Assembly (NCBI GenBank): GCA_044892525.1
Contig: CM097886.1
Location: forward strand, 120,032,001 to 120,096,000
Length of the DNA stretch: 64,000 bases
Source: Schmidtea polychroa
Lineage: Eukaryota
Reading direction: 5' to 3'
Below the pieces are notes generated by a model. That model saw only the letters and a program-made list of their open reading frames with translations. It was not told the origin of the DNA and made no database searches. Every line of letters starts with the position of its first letter. Position 1 is the first letter of the stretch. Both the position numbers and the translations under genes were made by a program. Below, piece by piece: positions 37,491 to 46,234 of this stretch.

Positions 37491-40400
37491 CCATTCCGAT
37501 ATAACCTTGATGCTGCGACATGCAGTTTATAATCCGTCTCGGCTTTTAAGTCATATAAATCCCACTCTTTTTCTTCTGAATCGGGTTGGCGGATCCGCAA
37601 GTACTTGTTGTAGAAATGTAAATTGAATTTTGTGGCATTATCGCATGTTGTGAGTATGCTAATTCCGTGATACGTTCTTATAAAATGTAAGTGTTCCACT
37701 TGCATAGCCATAGGCTGAAAATATGCCTTTCTATCCCTTTTTGCCATTGCTAAAGTCATCATACAGCTTATTATCAGCAAAAAGGTTACCGATTTTGGAA
37801 CACCCCGTGATCTCAATGGGTATCGGTGTTCTTGTGGTTCTTCGGTAGTGTTTGGTTTCACTTGTTTCTCTGGTGCTTTTAGATTTCCAGAGGTTCCCTT
37901 TGTTGAGATTTCGCACTTTTTACACCGATTAGCATGCACCATTATTGGTTCTGCTTTTCTGTTGGCTACAAGTTGTAATATGAGATTTGTGTCTGTGGTT
38001 CTCAATACCTCGTATGGCCCTTTGAAATTTCGCATGAGTTTTGGTGATAAGCCTTTCTTGTTATAATGACTTTCCAACATCACCTGGTCTCCAACCAATA
38101 TGCCATGATCCTTGGCTTTTCGGTCATGATAATCTTTGGATGCCTCCTGATTATATTTTATACTGAGACCTGCTCTAGCCCATGCTTCCTGCATTCTTTC
38201 CCTCATTTCCATTAGATAATCTTCCTGATCTAAATACTGTGTTGCTTTAGGGAAAAACAACAGATCTACTGGCATTTTACTTTGCCTTAGGTACATTAGG
38301 TAAAATGGCGTTTCACCTGTTCCTTCGTGTACTGCATTCCTGTATGCAAATAAACAGGATGGAATGTGGATGTCCCAATCCGTTTGCCCTGAATTTACAT
38401 ATGATGCTAACATATTAGCTAATGTTCCATTAAATCGCTCTACTAGCCCATCCGTCTGTGGGTGATATGGGGAAGTGTTCAACTTTAGAACTCCGAAATA
38501 ATCATTTATTCCTTTGAGCAAATTACTCATGAAATCAGCTCCTCGATCTGTTAATAGCTTCGTAGGTACTCCATACCTAAAGACAATTTGTTCAACGAAA
38601 ATTCTAGCTATTGTATCAGCTTTGTGATTAGGCATCGGGTAGGCTTCTGGCCACTTAGTCAAGTAATCGCAGAACACTAATATGTACTTGTTTCCGCTAT
38701 TAGATTCTTTGAATGGCCCCAACACGTCCATTGCCGTCATTTCCATTGGTGTAGATGGTACTGGCATCGGCTTCATCGGTACGTGTGGTTTCTTTCCGGT
38801 ATTTCTTCTGGTGATACAGATCTTACATGTCTGACACCAGGTTTTAACATCTTGTTTCATACCGGGCCAAAAATATTTTTGTTTTAACCTCGACAATGTT
38901 TTTCTAGATGACAGGTGGCCTCCTAAGGCTCCATCGTGATACTGCAACATGAGTGCTTCACGGTATTTCTTAGGAACCATTATAACGTTATCTCGTATAT
39001 CTGAATATTTAACTAATCCCTCTTCCAGCACAAATTTATCTTTATTCTTTTCCCAGTATTTCGTGAATTCTGTGGGCACGTATTTCGCTTCTAAGGCTTG
39101 TCGGATGGCATTGATTTCTTCATCAGCTTTTTGTGCCTCCATTAAATCAGCTAGCCGGTTGGCTTCTCGAGTCAGTGTGAAGATAGTCCCTTCGAGACGT
39201 CCTTCCTTCACATCTTCTGCTTCCTCCTCCTGGTCCATTCTCGATAAAGCATCTGCATTACCATTATGATCTCCCTTTCTATAATGGATTTCTATGTCAT
39301 ATGGCTGTAAAATTAATGCCCATCTGACCAGTTTTGATGTATCCATTGTGTGTTTCGTCAGCCACTGTAATTGTCTATGATCGGTATACACTATGATCTT
39401 TCGACCCCATAGATAGGTCCTAAACTGGGTTATAGCATATACAATTGCTAAAGCCTCTAGTTCTATCACTGCGTAGTTTCTCTCGTGTGGTTTTAACCCT
39501 CTGCTAGCGTATGCAATTGCATACTCGTCTCCTAGGTCATCTCTCTGACCTAACACAGCACCTATGCCCCGAGTGCTGGCATCTGTCATAACCAAAAATT
39601 GTCTCTCAAAATCTGGGAATCGCAATATAGGTGGCTTGATGAGTCTTTCCTTGAGCCTATCAAATGCTTCTTGCTGTTCTGTTCCCCACACAAATTTGAC
39701 ATTTTTGCCTTCTAACTGCGTGAGTGGGAAAGCTATAACCGAAAAGTTTCTAATGAATTTTCTGTAGTATCCAACTAGACCTAAAAACCCTTTGATATGT
39801 TTAACGGTTTTAGGCTCCGGAAAATTCTTAACCTTTTCAACATTAGCTGGATCGGGTTTAACCCCGTCTCGTGATATGATATGGCCAACATATACCACTT
39901 CTGGTTCAGCCCATTTACATTTGGTTGGTTTAACTTTCATGTTGGCATTGATCAACCTCTTGAACACATCTTCCAAATGTTCCAAGTGTTTTTCCAAATT
40001 TGGCGAGAATACTATGACGTCGTCAATGTATACCATCGCATGATGTACATCCATGAGCATCAAATTCATTGCTCTTTGAAATGTGGCTGGAGCTCCGGTG
40101 AGTCCAAATGGCATTACGTTATATTCGTAATGGCCCATACTCGTAGAAAATGCTGTTATTGGTATAGTCTCATCTTTTAGCTTAATTTGATAAAATCTCT
40201 TTCGGGCGTCCATTACTGAGAAGAACCTAGTGTTTCTCATGCGTCCATAGATATAATCTAACAATGGCAATGGATGGCTATCTTTGCATGTTGCTTCGTT
40301 AACCATGCGATAGTCGTTACATAATCGTACTGATCCATCCTTCTTGGCCACCACTATCATTGGTGATTGATATGGTGATTTACTATGTCTGATTATGCCA

Positions 40401-43400
40401 TGTTTTAACATCAATTTCACCTGTTTATCAACTGATTCCTCCAGACTGAAAGGAATACGGTATGGTCTCAACTTTATAGGTTTTGTATTGGTGAGAACAA
40501 TCTCATGTTCTAACAGGTTTGTTTTTCCCAGATCGTATTCATGTTTCGCGAATACCTGGTCATATTTCCTCAACAGCATATTTACTTGAATGTTTTCCTT
40601 TCTGGTTAGCACTTTGCTATTTGCTGTAGGAGCATCATAGTACTCAATGTCTGGATCTCTTTCTTCTGCCTTTACGGTGAGTATCGACCCTTCTCTCGTG
40701 GCTTGTGGTTCGTTTTGTTTCCAGATTCTGCCCACTCTGGTATCTGGATATAAGTACAGTGGTTTAATGTCCAAATTGGCTACCTTGATTGGTATTCTGC
40801 CATTGACTATTAAACCTACGCTATGCGTAACTGGTATATTGTATTTCTCCGAAAATCTTTCGTCTGGTTCAAATACAACTTCCCCTTCCCAATTATTGCT
40901 TGTAGCTACAAAGCATACTGTTTCTGCTCTGGGTGGTATGATAGTTGTATGATCTATATAAGCTGTATCATCGTTGTAAATTTTTCTCTTTTTACCTCGT
41001 GCTCGGATTAACAATCCAGATGCACAATCGAATACTACTCCTCGTAGTCTTTTTAGAACGTCCATACCCAATAGACATTCGGCTGGGAGGCTTCTCATCA
41101 CTATGATGTCGTGATGGAGCTCCTGGTCACATAGCTTAATCTGGCAGGATAATGACCCTATTACGTTTAATGATGATCCGTTTGCTCCTGTTAATTTTAC
41201 TCCTGCCGGTTTTAGCGACTGCAGTTCATGATGGTTTAACAATTTAGCTTCTATTATGGTACCATCTGCTCCTGAGTCTATCACCGCATTAACTGTATGT
41301 CGGTTCACTCTTATTTTTATCATTGGCTTTTTATCCAAATTCACTGGGTTATTGACCATCAAGATAGAATCGTGCGAGATACCGATTGTATTGGCTCTCG
41401 TTTGTTCTGCTTCCAGTAATTCAGGATCACTCAGTTGAGGATTATACTCTTTAAATTTAGCTTTAATTGATTCTAACGCTTCCTTTGGATAGTGCACTTT
41501 AGGTAATTCTGGCAATGTTGAACATGTCAGATTATTAAATATGGTATCTTCACCGATTTTCCATTGGTGTCGTCCTGTTCTGAGTGTTGTTTCCTTTGAG
41601 TGTTCCCGCCTCTCGTTTGGTGCGGATGGTAAACTCCTCAAAGTTGGCAATTGTACATATCTTGGACTTTTCTTGAATCTGGGTGACCTTATGTCGAATT
41701 TTTGGTCGGAACTGTTATATTCTCCTTCTGGGGACTGTTTTCTCACATAGATTTCCTTTGATTGGTCATACGGAGGAAGATATTCCTTAAATCTCGATTT
41801 TCTTTGTTGCTGATTCGGTTTTTTGTTGTAGTTCTGTTTTCGTGATTGATTTGATCTTGAAGATGTTTCACGAGAGCCTCCATTACCTCCTTCCTTTGAA
41901 TTGTTATCGTCTTGATAACTAGAATACTCCTCCATTTCTGTTCCAATTACTTCATGTTTGACCAAATGTTTCTGTCTAATTTCTTTAATTTCCTTTCTGT
42001 GATGTTTGAATAATGCAAACTCTGCACACATGGGACATAGTCCTAATAGCAGTTTCCATGACCATCCCCCAATTTTGAATATGCTATAAGTTGACATCAG
42101 TTGTGTAATTATCAGCTTTAAAATTACAAATATTGCGTAAATTCCTGAACATCCCGCGACGAAAATACCAAAATTGGTGAATCGTCCCCATATTTTCATC
42201 ATTACGTTCTTTGCTGCTTCTTTATAGTGTTCCGGTCCAAATAATAGATTGTAATCTGGTCGTATTAAGCTATCATGATAAATTGTTCTTATAATTTCCG
42301 TGATACCTCTATCTCTGATTTGTGGGAATAGCAATGTCCTTCTTGCTTCCTCGATATCGTCGGGAGTATAGATCCCTCCTTTTGCTAATTCGTCTAATGA
42401 CTTGAATTCCATATTATCTTTTAATTTAGTTACCTCCAAGGTCTCTACTTGTCGTGTAGATGGTTTTCTTTCTGGAAGAGATATCCACATGTCATTTATT
42501 TTGTATAATGGTGATATTGCCGGGTTGCATATAGCTGGTTGAGGTTTAGCGTTTTCCTCAAGTAACTTTCTGGTTACTGGCATAACAAATCTCAAATTTC
42601 CTTGGTAAGATACTGGCAGTTCTAGAGTGCATTGATTAAATCTGGCTAATTGTACTTCAACTGGTTTACACTCATAGCTATATATAGCTTCTCCCAAGAT
42701 CCTACCAAACATTCCATCTTCCAATAACATTGGAGTAACCAACTCTGTGTTAACAATAGATATTGCTAATCTATTTCGGACTATTTCACGATTTAGCTTG
42801 CAATCATTTAGTATCACCTCTTGATACATATCTTGCATTTGTCCTTGCAGATCATGGTATAGATAATCTACTTTATTATTTATATAATTCGTGATTTTGA
42901 TATCCTTTACATGTAGGACCTTGGAATTCCGAATATATTCTCTTGACAGAAAGATTCCTTTGTAGTTCGTCTCGTATACTCTTTTCCCACATTTAGTCTT
43001 TTTATCTTTTCGGACGAATCGAATTGCTTCCGTCTTGTCTTCCGATATCAATAATAGAGGTGTGTTTTCCTCTCCAATATCTTCCTTCTCTTGTTTGTTG
43101 ATTTTCTTCAACGTTTTTGCTTTATCCCAAACCTTTTCTGGATTCTGAGAATCCCGATATTTAGTTCCATTTAGTTTTCTAAAAGGAATCTTCTTGAGAA
43201 AAGCCAACTCACAATGATCTCTCATTTGTTCGTAAATTAATGTAGTGGTTCCCGTTTTACAACTACCGAACTTGGCATTGCATTGCGGATGTGCCATCAA
43301 TTTTCCTGTGGCCACATCGAATGTTCCCTCGTATTCTCGTAGCTCTACTGAGTAATCTTCTATGTCTACCACATAGGAAACTAAATTGCTACCGCGAATT

Positions 43401-43513
43401 TTCTTTCTTCCTTCGCAGGTTCCATCTGAGGCAATTGTTCCTCCTCGAGTGATTGTTATTCCCAATGTTTTCCCAATTTCTGCTGAGATTGATACCTCGT
43501 TGTCTATCCTCAC
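37367..43513 (-). CDS. 2048-codon polyprotein frame: chuvirus-like glycoprotein, protease, RT, RNase H, integrase, then a signal-like helix and FN3-like extension
   Basis: PR IDSGAD...LLGMD; RT PYRIP, DYR..N, MPFGL, YIDD; RNaseH TDAS, ELE..AI, TDH, ADALSR; IN H-x6-H...CxxC, MDVLGP, LTDRG, VERFN, GPY. Glycoprotein motifs include GEAIY..CKPVEV, C..ELPV and GGIYT. Confidence 0.95.
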   Translation of the reverse strand: MRIDNEVSISAEIGKTLGITITRGGTIASDGTCEGRKKIRGSNLVSYVVDIEDYSVELREYEGTFDVATGKLMAHPQCNAKFGSCKTGTTTLIYEQMRDHCELAFLKKIPFRKLNGTKYRDSQNPEKVWDKAKTLKKINKQEKEDIGEENTPLLLISEDKTEAIRFVRKDKKTKCGKRVYETNYKGIFLSREYIRNSKVLHVKDIKITNYINNKVDYLYHDLQGQMQDMYQEVILNDCKLNREIVRNRLAISIVNTELVTPMLLEDGMFGRILGEAIYSYECKPVEVQLARFNQCTLELPVSYQGNLRFVMPVTRKLLEENAKPQPAICNPAISPLYKINDMWISLPERKPSTRQVETLEVTKLKDNMEFKSLDELAKGGIYTPDDIEEARRTLLFPQIRDRGITEIIRTIYHDSLIRPDYNLLFGPEHYKEAAKNVMMKIWGRFTNFGIFVAGCSGIYAIFVILKLIITQLMSTYSIFKIGGWSWKLLLGLCPMCAEFALFKHHRKEIKEIRQKHLVKHEVIGTEMEEYSSYQDDNNSKEGGNGGSRETSSRSNQSRKQNYNKKPNQQQRKSRFKEYLPPYDQSKEIYVRKQSPEGEYNSSDQKFDIRSPRFKKSPRYVQLPTLRSLPSAPNERREHSKETTLRTGRHQWKIGEDTIFNNLTCSTLPELPKVHYPKEALESIKAKFKEYNPQLSDPELLEAEQTRANTIGISHDSILMVNNPVNLDKKPMIKIRVNRHTVNAVIDSGADGTIIEAKLLNHHELQSLKPAGVKLTGANGSSLNVIGSLSCQIKLCDQELHHDIIVMRSLPAECLLGMDVLKRLRGVVFDCASGLLIRARGKKRKIYNDDTAYIDHTTIIPPRAETVCFVATSNNWEGEVVFEPDERFSEKYNIPVTHSVGLIVNGRIPIKVANLDIKPLYLYPDTRVGRIWKQNEPQATREGSILTVKAEERDPDIEYYDAPTANSKVLTRKENIQVNMLLRKYDQVFAKHEYDLGKTNLLEHEIVLTNTKPIKLRPYRIPFSLEESVDKQVKLMLKHGIIRHSKSPYQSPMIVVAKKDGSVRLCNDYRMVNEATCKDSHPLPLLDYIYGRMRNTRFFSVMDARKRFYQIKLKDETIPITAFSTSMGHYEYNVMPFGLTGAPATFQRAMNLMLMDVHHAMVYIDDVIVFSPNLEKHLEHLEDVFKRLINANMKVKPTKCKWAEPEVVYVGHIISRDGVKPDPANVEKVKNFPEPKTVKHIKGFLGLVGYYRKFIRNFSVIAFPLTQLEGKNVKFVWGTEQQEAFDRLKERLIKPPILRFPDFERQFLVMTDASTRGIGAVLGQRDDLGDEYAIAYASRGLKPHERNYAVIELEALAIVYAITQFRTYLWGRKIIVYTDHRQLQWLTKHTMDTSKLVRWALILQPYDIEIHYRKGDHNGNADALSRMDQEEEAEDVKEGRLEGTIFTLTREANRLADLMEAQKADEEINAIRQALEAKYVPTEFTKYWEKNKDKFVLEEGLVKYSDIRDNVIMVPKKYREALMLQYHDGALGGHLSSRKTLSRLKQKYFWPGMKQDVKTWCQTCKICITRRNTGKKPHVPMKPMPVPSTPMEMTAMDVLGPFKESNSGNKYILVFCDYLTKWPEAYPMPNHKADTIARIFVEQIVFRYGVPTKLLTDRGADFMSNLLKGINDYFGVLKLNTSPYHPQTDGLVERFNGTLANMLASYVNSGQTDWDIHIPSCLFAYRNAVHEGTGETPFYLMYLRQSKMPVDLLFFPKATQYLDQEDYLMEMRERMQEAWARAGLSIKYNQEASKDYHDRKAKDHGILVGDQVMLESHYNKKGLSPKLMRNFKGPYEVLRTTDTNLILQLVANRKAEPIMVHANRCKKCEISTKGTSGNLKAPEKQVKPNTTEEPQEHRYPLRSRGVPKSVTFLLIISCMMTLAMAKRDRKAYFQPMAMQVEHLHFIRTYHGISILTTCDNATKFNLHFYNKYLRIRQPDSEEKEWDLYDLKAETDYKLHVAASRLYRNGWYTYHVSNWILRTADFTNRISISYEKEKVKFASKLTGRKK

Positions 43514-43533
43514 ACTTCCTTTTCGAAATGCAT

Positions 43534-45720
43534 CTAAGCAATCTTTATGTTTACCGGCCTTGGTATTAATGTCGCGGATAGAAAAGCAGAATAGCTATTA
43601 CTACCGCAATAATATTCGAATGTAGCTCTCTGAACTCTACATTCCTTTATCGTAGTTCTATAGAATTCACTTTCTTGGTAGACATAATATTCTACCTTTT
43701 CCCCTTGCTGGACCTTCTCGGGATACGCCTCTTTGCACTCAATTGCATCTACTAGCGAATATACCCGAGATAGTTTAGGGTTTCCACAATCAAATACCGT
43801 TAATGAGTTTGTTTGTTTTAATATGCCCATCATTACTAGGAACATCAGGATCATGCTTGTCATGTTTCCTGTGCCTGAACTAACATTATTTATGGCTTCT
43901 TCCACGACTTCATATCGTGGTTTTGGAATCGTTTCCTTTTCCCAAAATTTGTTTACGGTCATCCATACCTCCAGGTAATAATCTATCATTTCGACTATTT
44001 GATCGATTTCTCGTTCTATAAGCCTTTTATCATCCCCTACTCGGGCTAAGGCATTTTGAATTAACAATGATAGTGATGTTAACACTTTCCCTCTTGTTAA
44101 TCCTTGCTGTACGAATGCTTCTATGGTATCCTGAATATCTCCTGTTGATACATCTTTGGATATTCTATCCATTGTCTTTTTGACTTCCTTTGTTATCTTC
44201 TTAACTTCGATCCCCTTGATTTTTGGAATTCTCCATTCGGGCCTGATAATCCCGATCATTTGTTGTATACGTTGCCACAATAACGACCTTTCTGACGTTG
44301 TCTCGTCTCCCGCCTGGTCGTCCATTTCTTGGGCTATCCCTGCTAATGTTTTTAACTGAATTTTCCGAATCGTTTCCGGATTTAACTGCTCCTTGGGTGG
44401 AGGTTTCATTTGATCCTTTCTAGGACGTCCTCGTCCATCTTTTTTCACTTTCTCCGGAGGTTTTCCAGTCTCCGGGTTTGTTATAGCTTGTGACGTAGTA
44501 GCTCCTACGTTTGTTTCTCCTGGATTTAACCTGACGTACTCTGAGAAGTAATCTTCCTCGTCAATGTCCACCATTTGACAGGGATTAATTTCCTCTAGCC
44601 TTATTTCCTCAATCTCTTCCACAATTTCGTTTGCCATATCTGGCAGTCTCATTAATGACCACTGGGACTCCGGTGGAGTTACTGGGATGATCATTACCGT
44701 GGTTGTTACCAACGGTAGACAACCCACATCCACTAGATACTCATCATCATCAACTTGCCTACCATGAACCATTATCAGGAATATACCTGTAGTTTGATCG
44801 GTGGCAATCTCATCTCTCCTCAATATTTTGACCTTAATATAACAATTATAAATCATTGTTAATGGTTCTTTTCCCATCATTCGCACGTCTAGATTAATGT
44901 TGCCTTGTCTATCAGGCTGACTTCGGATAGCTTTCCCATTTTTCCTCATCAGCGCTTCGATTTGCGTCTGGAATGGGCTTGTTTCCTTTACCACTGGTAG
45001 TATAAGTGGAATTATTGCTTCCAACAAATCTACTGGTATTCGTAATACTAACATCCAGTCCAGTATTTCCTTTATAGTTTCCCCATCTCGTGGAGATTTC
45101 TGCAATTCCAACCCTAGTCGCTGGGTTAATTGTTGAGTTTCTTCCAAACTCTCTATTTCCATTTGAGTAATCAAGAATACGCTATCTTGATCCATTACTG
45201 CTACTGGCTTTTGTGCTCTCTTTGCTGTGAGCTTCGTCACTCTACCTGGGAGTATCCCGTTCTGTAGAAGTGTTTGGTTTGCTTCTAATTTTATTCCACA
45301 TAAGTATAAGTCATATCCTTGATGCTTAATACTTGTCAACGTTTCCGTTAATTTATCGGCTCGACTTCTTACATTTATATCGAGATTATACTCTCTATCC
45401 TGTGGGAGTTTTATATTGAGCTGGGCATCTTGGAGATCCCACTCATGTTCCATGAGTTTTCCTAATTTCCTTAGGATTTTGTACGTGTCGTTATGATATT
45501 TTGGATCATCTTCGACCTGCGATATCAGTTTTACTACTGTATCGATTTCATGAATTTTAATTTCTGTTTCTCCCAATTTTCCCAATTGTCTGGCCAGCTT
45601 CTGCTGGTACTCATATCTGGAATCCACCAGTTTTAAACATTTTGTTAGGGTATCTGACCCTTCTTTTACCTTTGCTTTCCCTGGCAAGGTTCTATCGAAC
45701 TCGCTTAGTATGGTGGCCAT
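43534..45720 (-). CDS. 728-aa ORF: accessory domains (death-fold-like, ubiquitin-like, AT-hook, Bcl-2-like), internal signal peptide and glycoprotein N-terminus
   Basis: ATG start and intact frame. MILMFLVMMGILKQTNS|LTVFDC followed by a Cys-rich ECRVQR..YYCGSNSYS that continues into the next ORF's glycoprotein via a -1 shift. Confidence 0.85.
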   Translation of the reverse strand: MATILSEFDRTLPGKAKVKEGSDTLTKCLKLVDSRYEYQQKLARQLGKLGETEIKIHEIDTVVKLISQVEDDPKYHNDTYKILRKLGKLMEHEWDLQDAQLNIKLPQDREYNLDINVRSRADKLTETLTSIKHQGYDLYLCGIKLEANQTLLQNGILPGRVTKLTAKRAQKPVAVMDQDSVFLITQMEIESLEETQQLTQRLGLELQKSPRDGETIKEILDWMLVLRIPVDLLEAIIPLILPVVKETSPFQTQIEALMRKNGKAIRSQPDRQGNINLDVRMMGKEPLTMIYNCYIKVKILRRDEIATDQTTGIFLIMVHGRQVDDDEYLVDVGCLPLVTTTVMIIPVTPPESQWSLMRLPDMANEIVEEIEEIRLEEINPCQMVDIDEEDYFSEYVRLNPGETNVGATTSQAITNPETGKPPEKVKKDGRGRPRKDQMKPPPKEQLNPETIRKIQLKTLAGIAQEMDDQAGDETTSERSLLWQRIQQMIGIIRPEWRIPKIKGIEVKKITKEVKKTMDRISKDVSTGDIQDTIEAFVQQGLTRGKVLTSLSLLIQNALARVGDDKRLIEREIDQIVEMIDYYLEVWMTVNKFWEKETIPKPRYEVVEEAINNVSSGTGNMTSMILMFLVMMGILKQTNSLTVFDCGNPKLSRVYSLVDAIECKEAYPEKVQQGEKVEYYVYQESEFYRTTIKECRVQRATFEYYCGSNSYSAFLSATLIPRPVNIKIA

Positions 45721-45917
45721 ACTAGGTTCATCATCGGAACTCTCTCTGATTCCGTTTCCTGAAGGTCCTCTCTAACGGAGTCCTTTTTTCTGAGAAATTC
45801 ATCTCTTCCAACTTCTACCATAAAAATGGTGCCTTCTTGGTCGGTTAATCTAGCCAACCTATTCTTTTCCTCCTGGATTTCCATTTCCAGTTGTTGCAGA
45901 TAAGTTAACCCTTGATC

Positions 45918-46234
45918 CTAGTTAACCATAAAAGTTGTCTTAGGCTTGTTCACATTACCCTTATCGGTATTTTTATTGAACTGACCCGTATTTCCACTCT
46001 GATTCTGAGGACATGACCTCATCATATGTCCGAATTTCCCACATCCGTGACATTTTATCTTTCCTGATGAATTTACATCATCTCTTTTAATTGTACTAAA
46101 ATTATTGCTGTTCTGAGGGCTTCTAGTCTTGCAGACTGCAGCCACATGTCCCTTACGTTTACATTTTTCGCATTGCAAATTCTGCACTCTACAATTTTCC
46201 GCACCGTGGTTATTCCGTCCACATTTGGTACATT
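45918..46234 (-). CDS. gag: C-terminal fragment of Gag with three CCHC zinc knuckles
   Basis: CTKCGRNNHGAENC, CEKCKRKGHVAAVC and CHGCGKFGHMMRSC (each Cx2Cx4Hx4C), with TAG at 45918-45920. Sequence beyond 46234 is Merlin-derived. Confidence 0.9.

Larger units (their letters stand above)
33177..46234 (-). mobile_element. Large Ty3/Gypsy-type retroelement with envelope-like and accessory genes, 5'-truncated in gag
   Basis: PR-RT-RH-IN order, LTR plus PPT, and gag zinc knuckles. Visibly higher GC than the flanks. No 5' LTR or PBS next to gag. Confidence 0.92.

Noticed and set aside
34744-46043. Short plus-strand ORFs antisense to the retroelement genes
   Set aside because: Shadow ORFs of long coding frames, short and without recognisable motifs.
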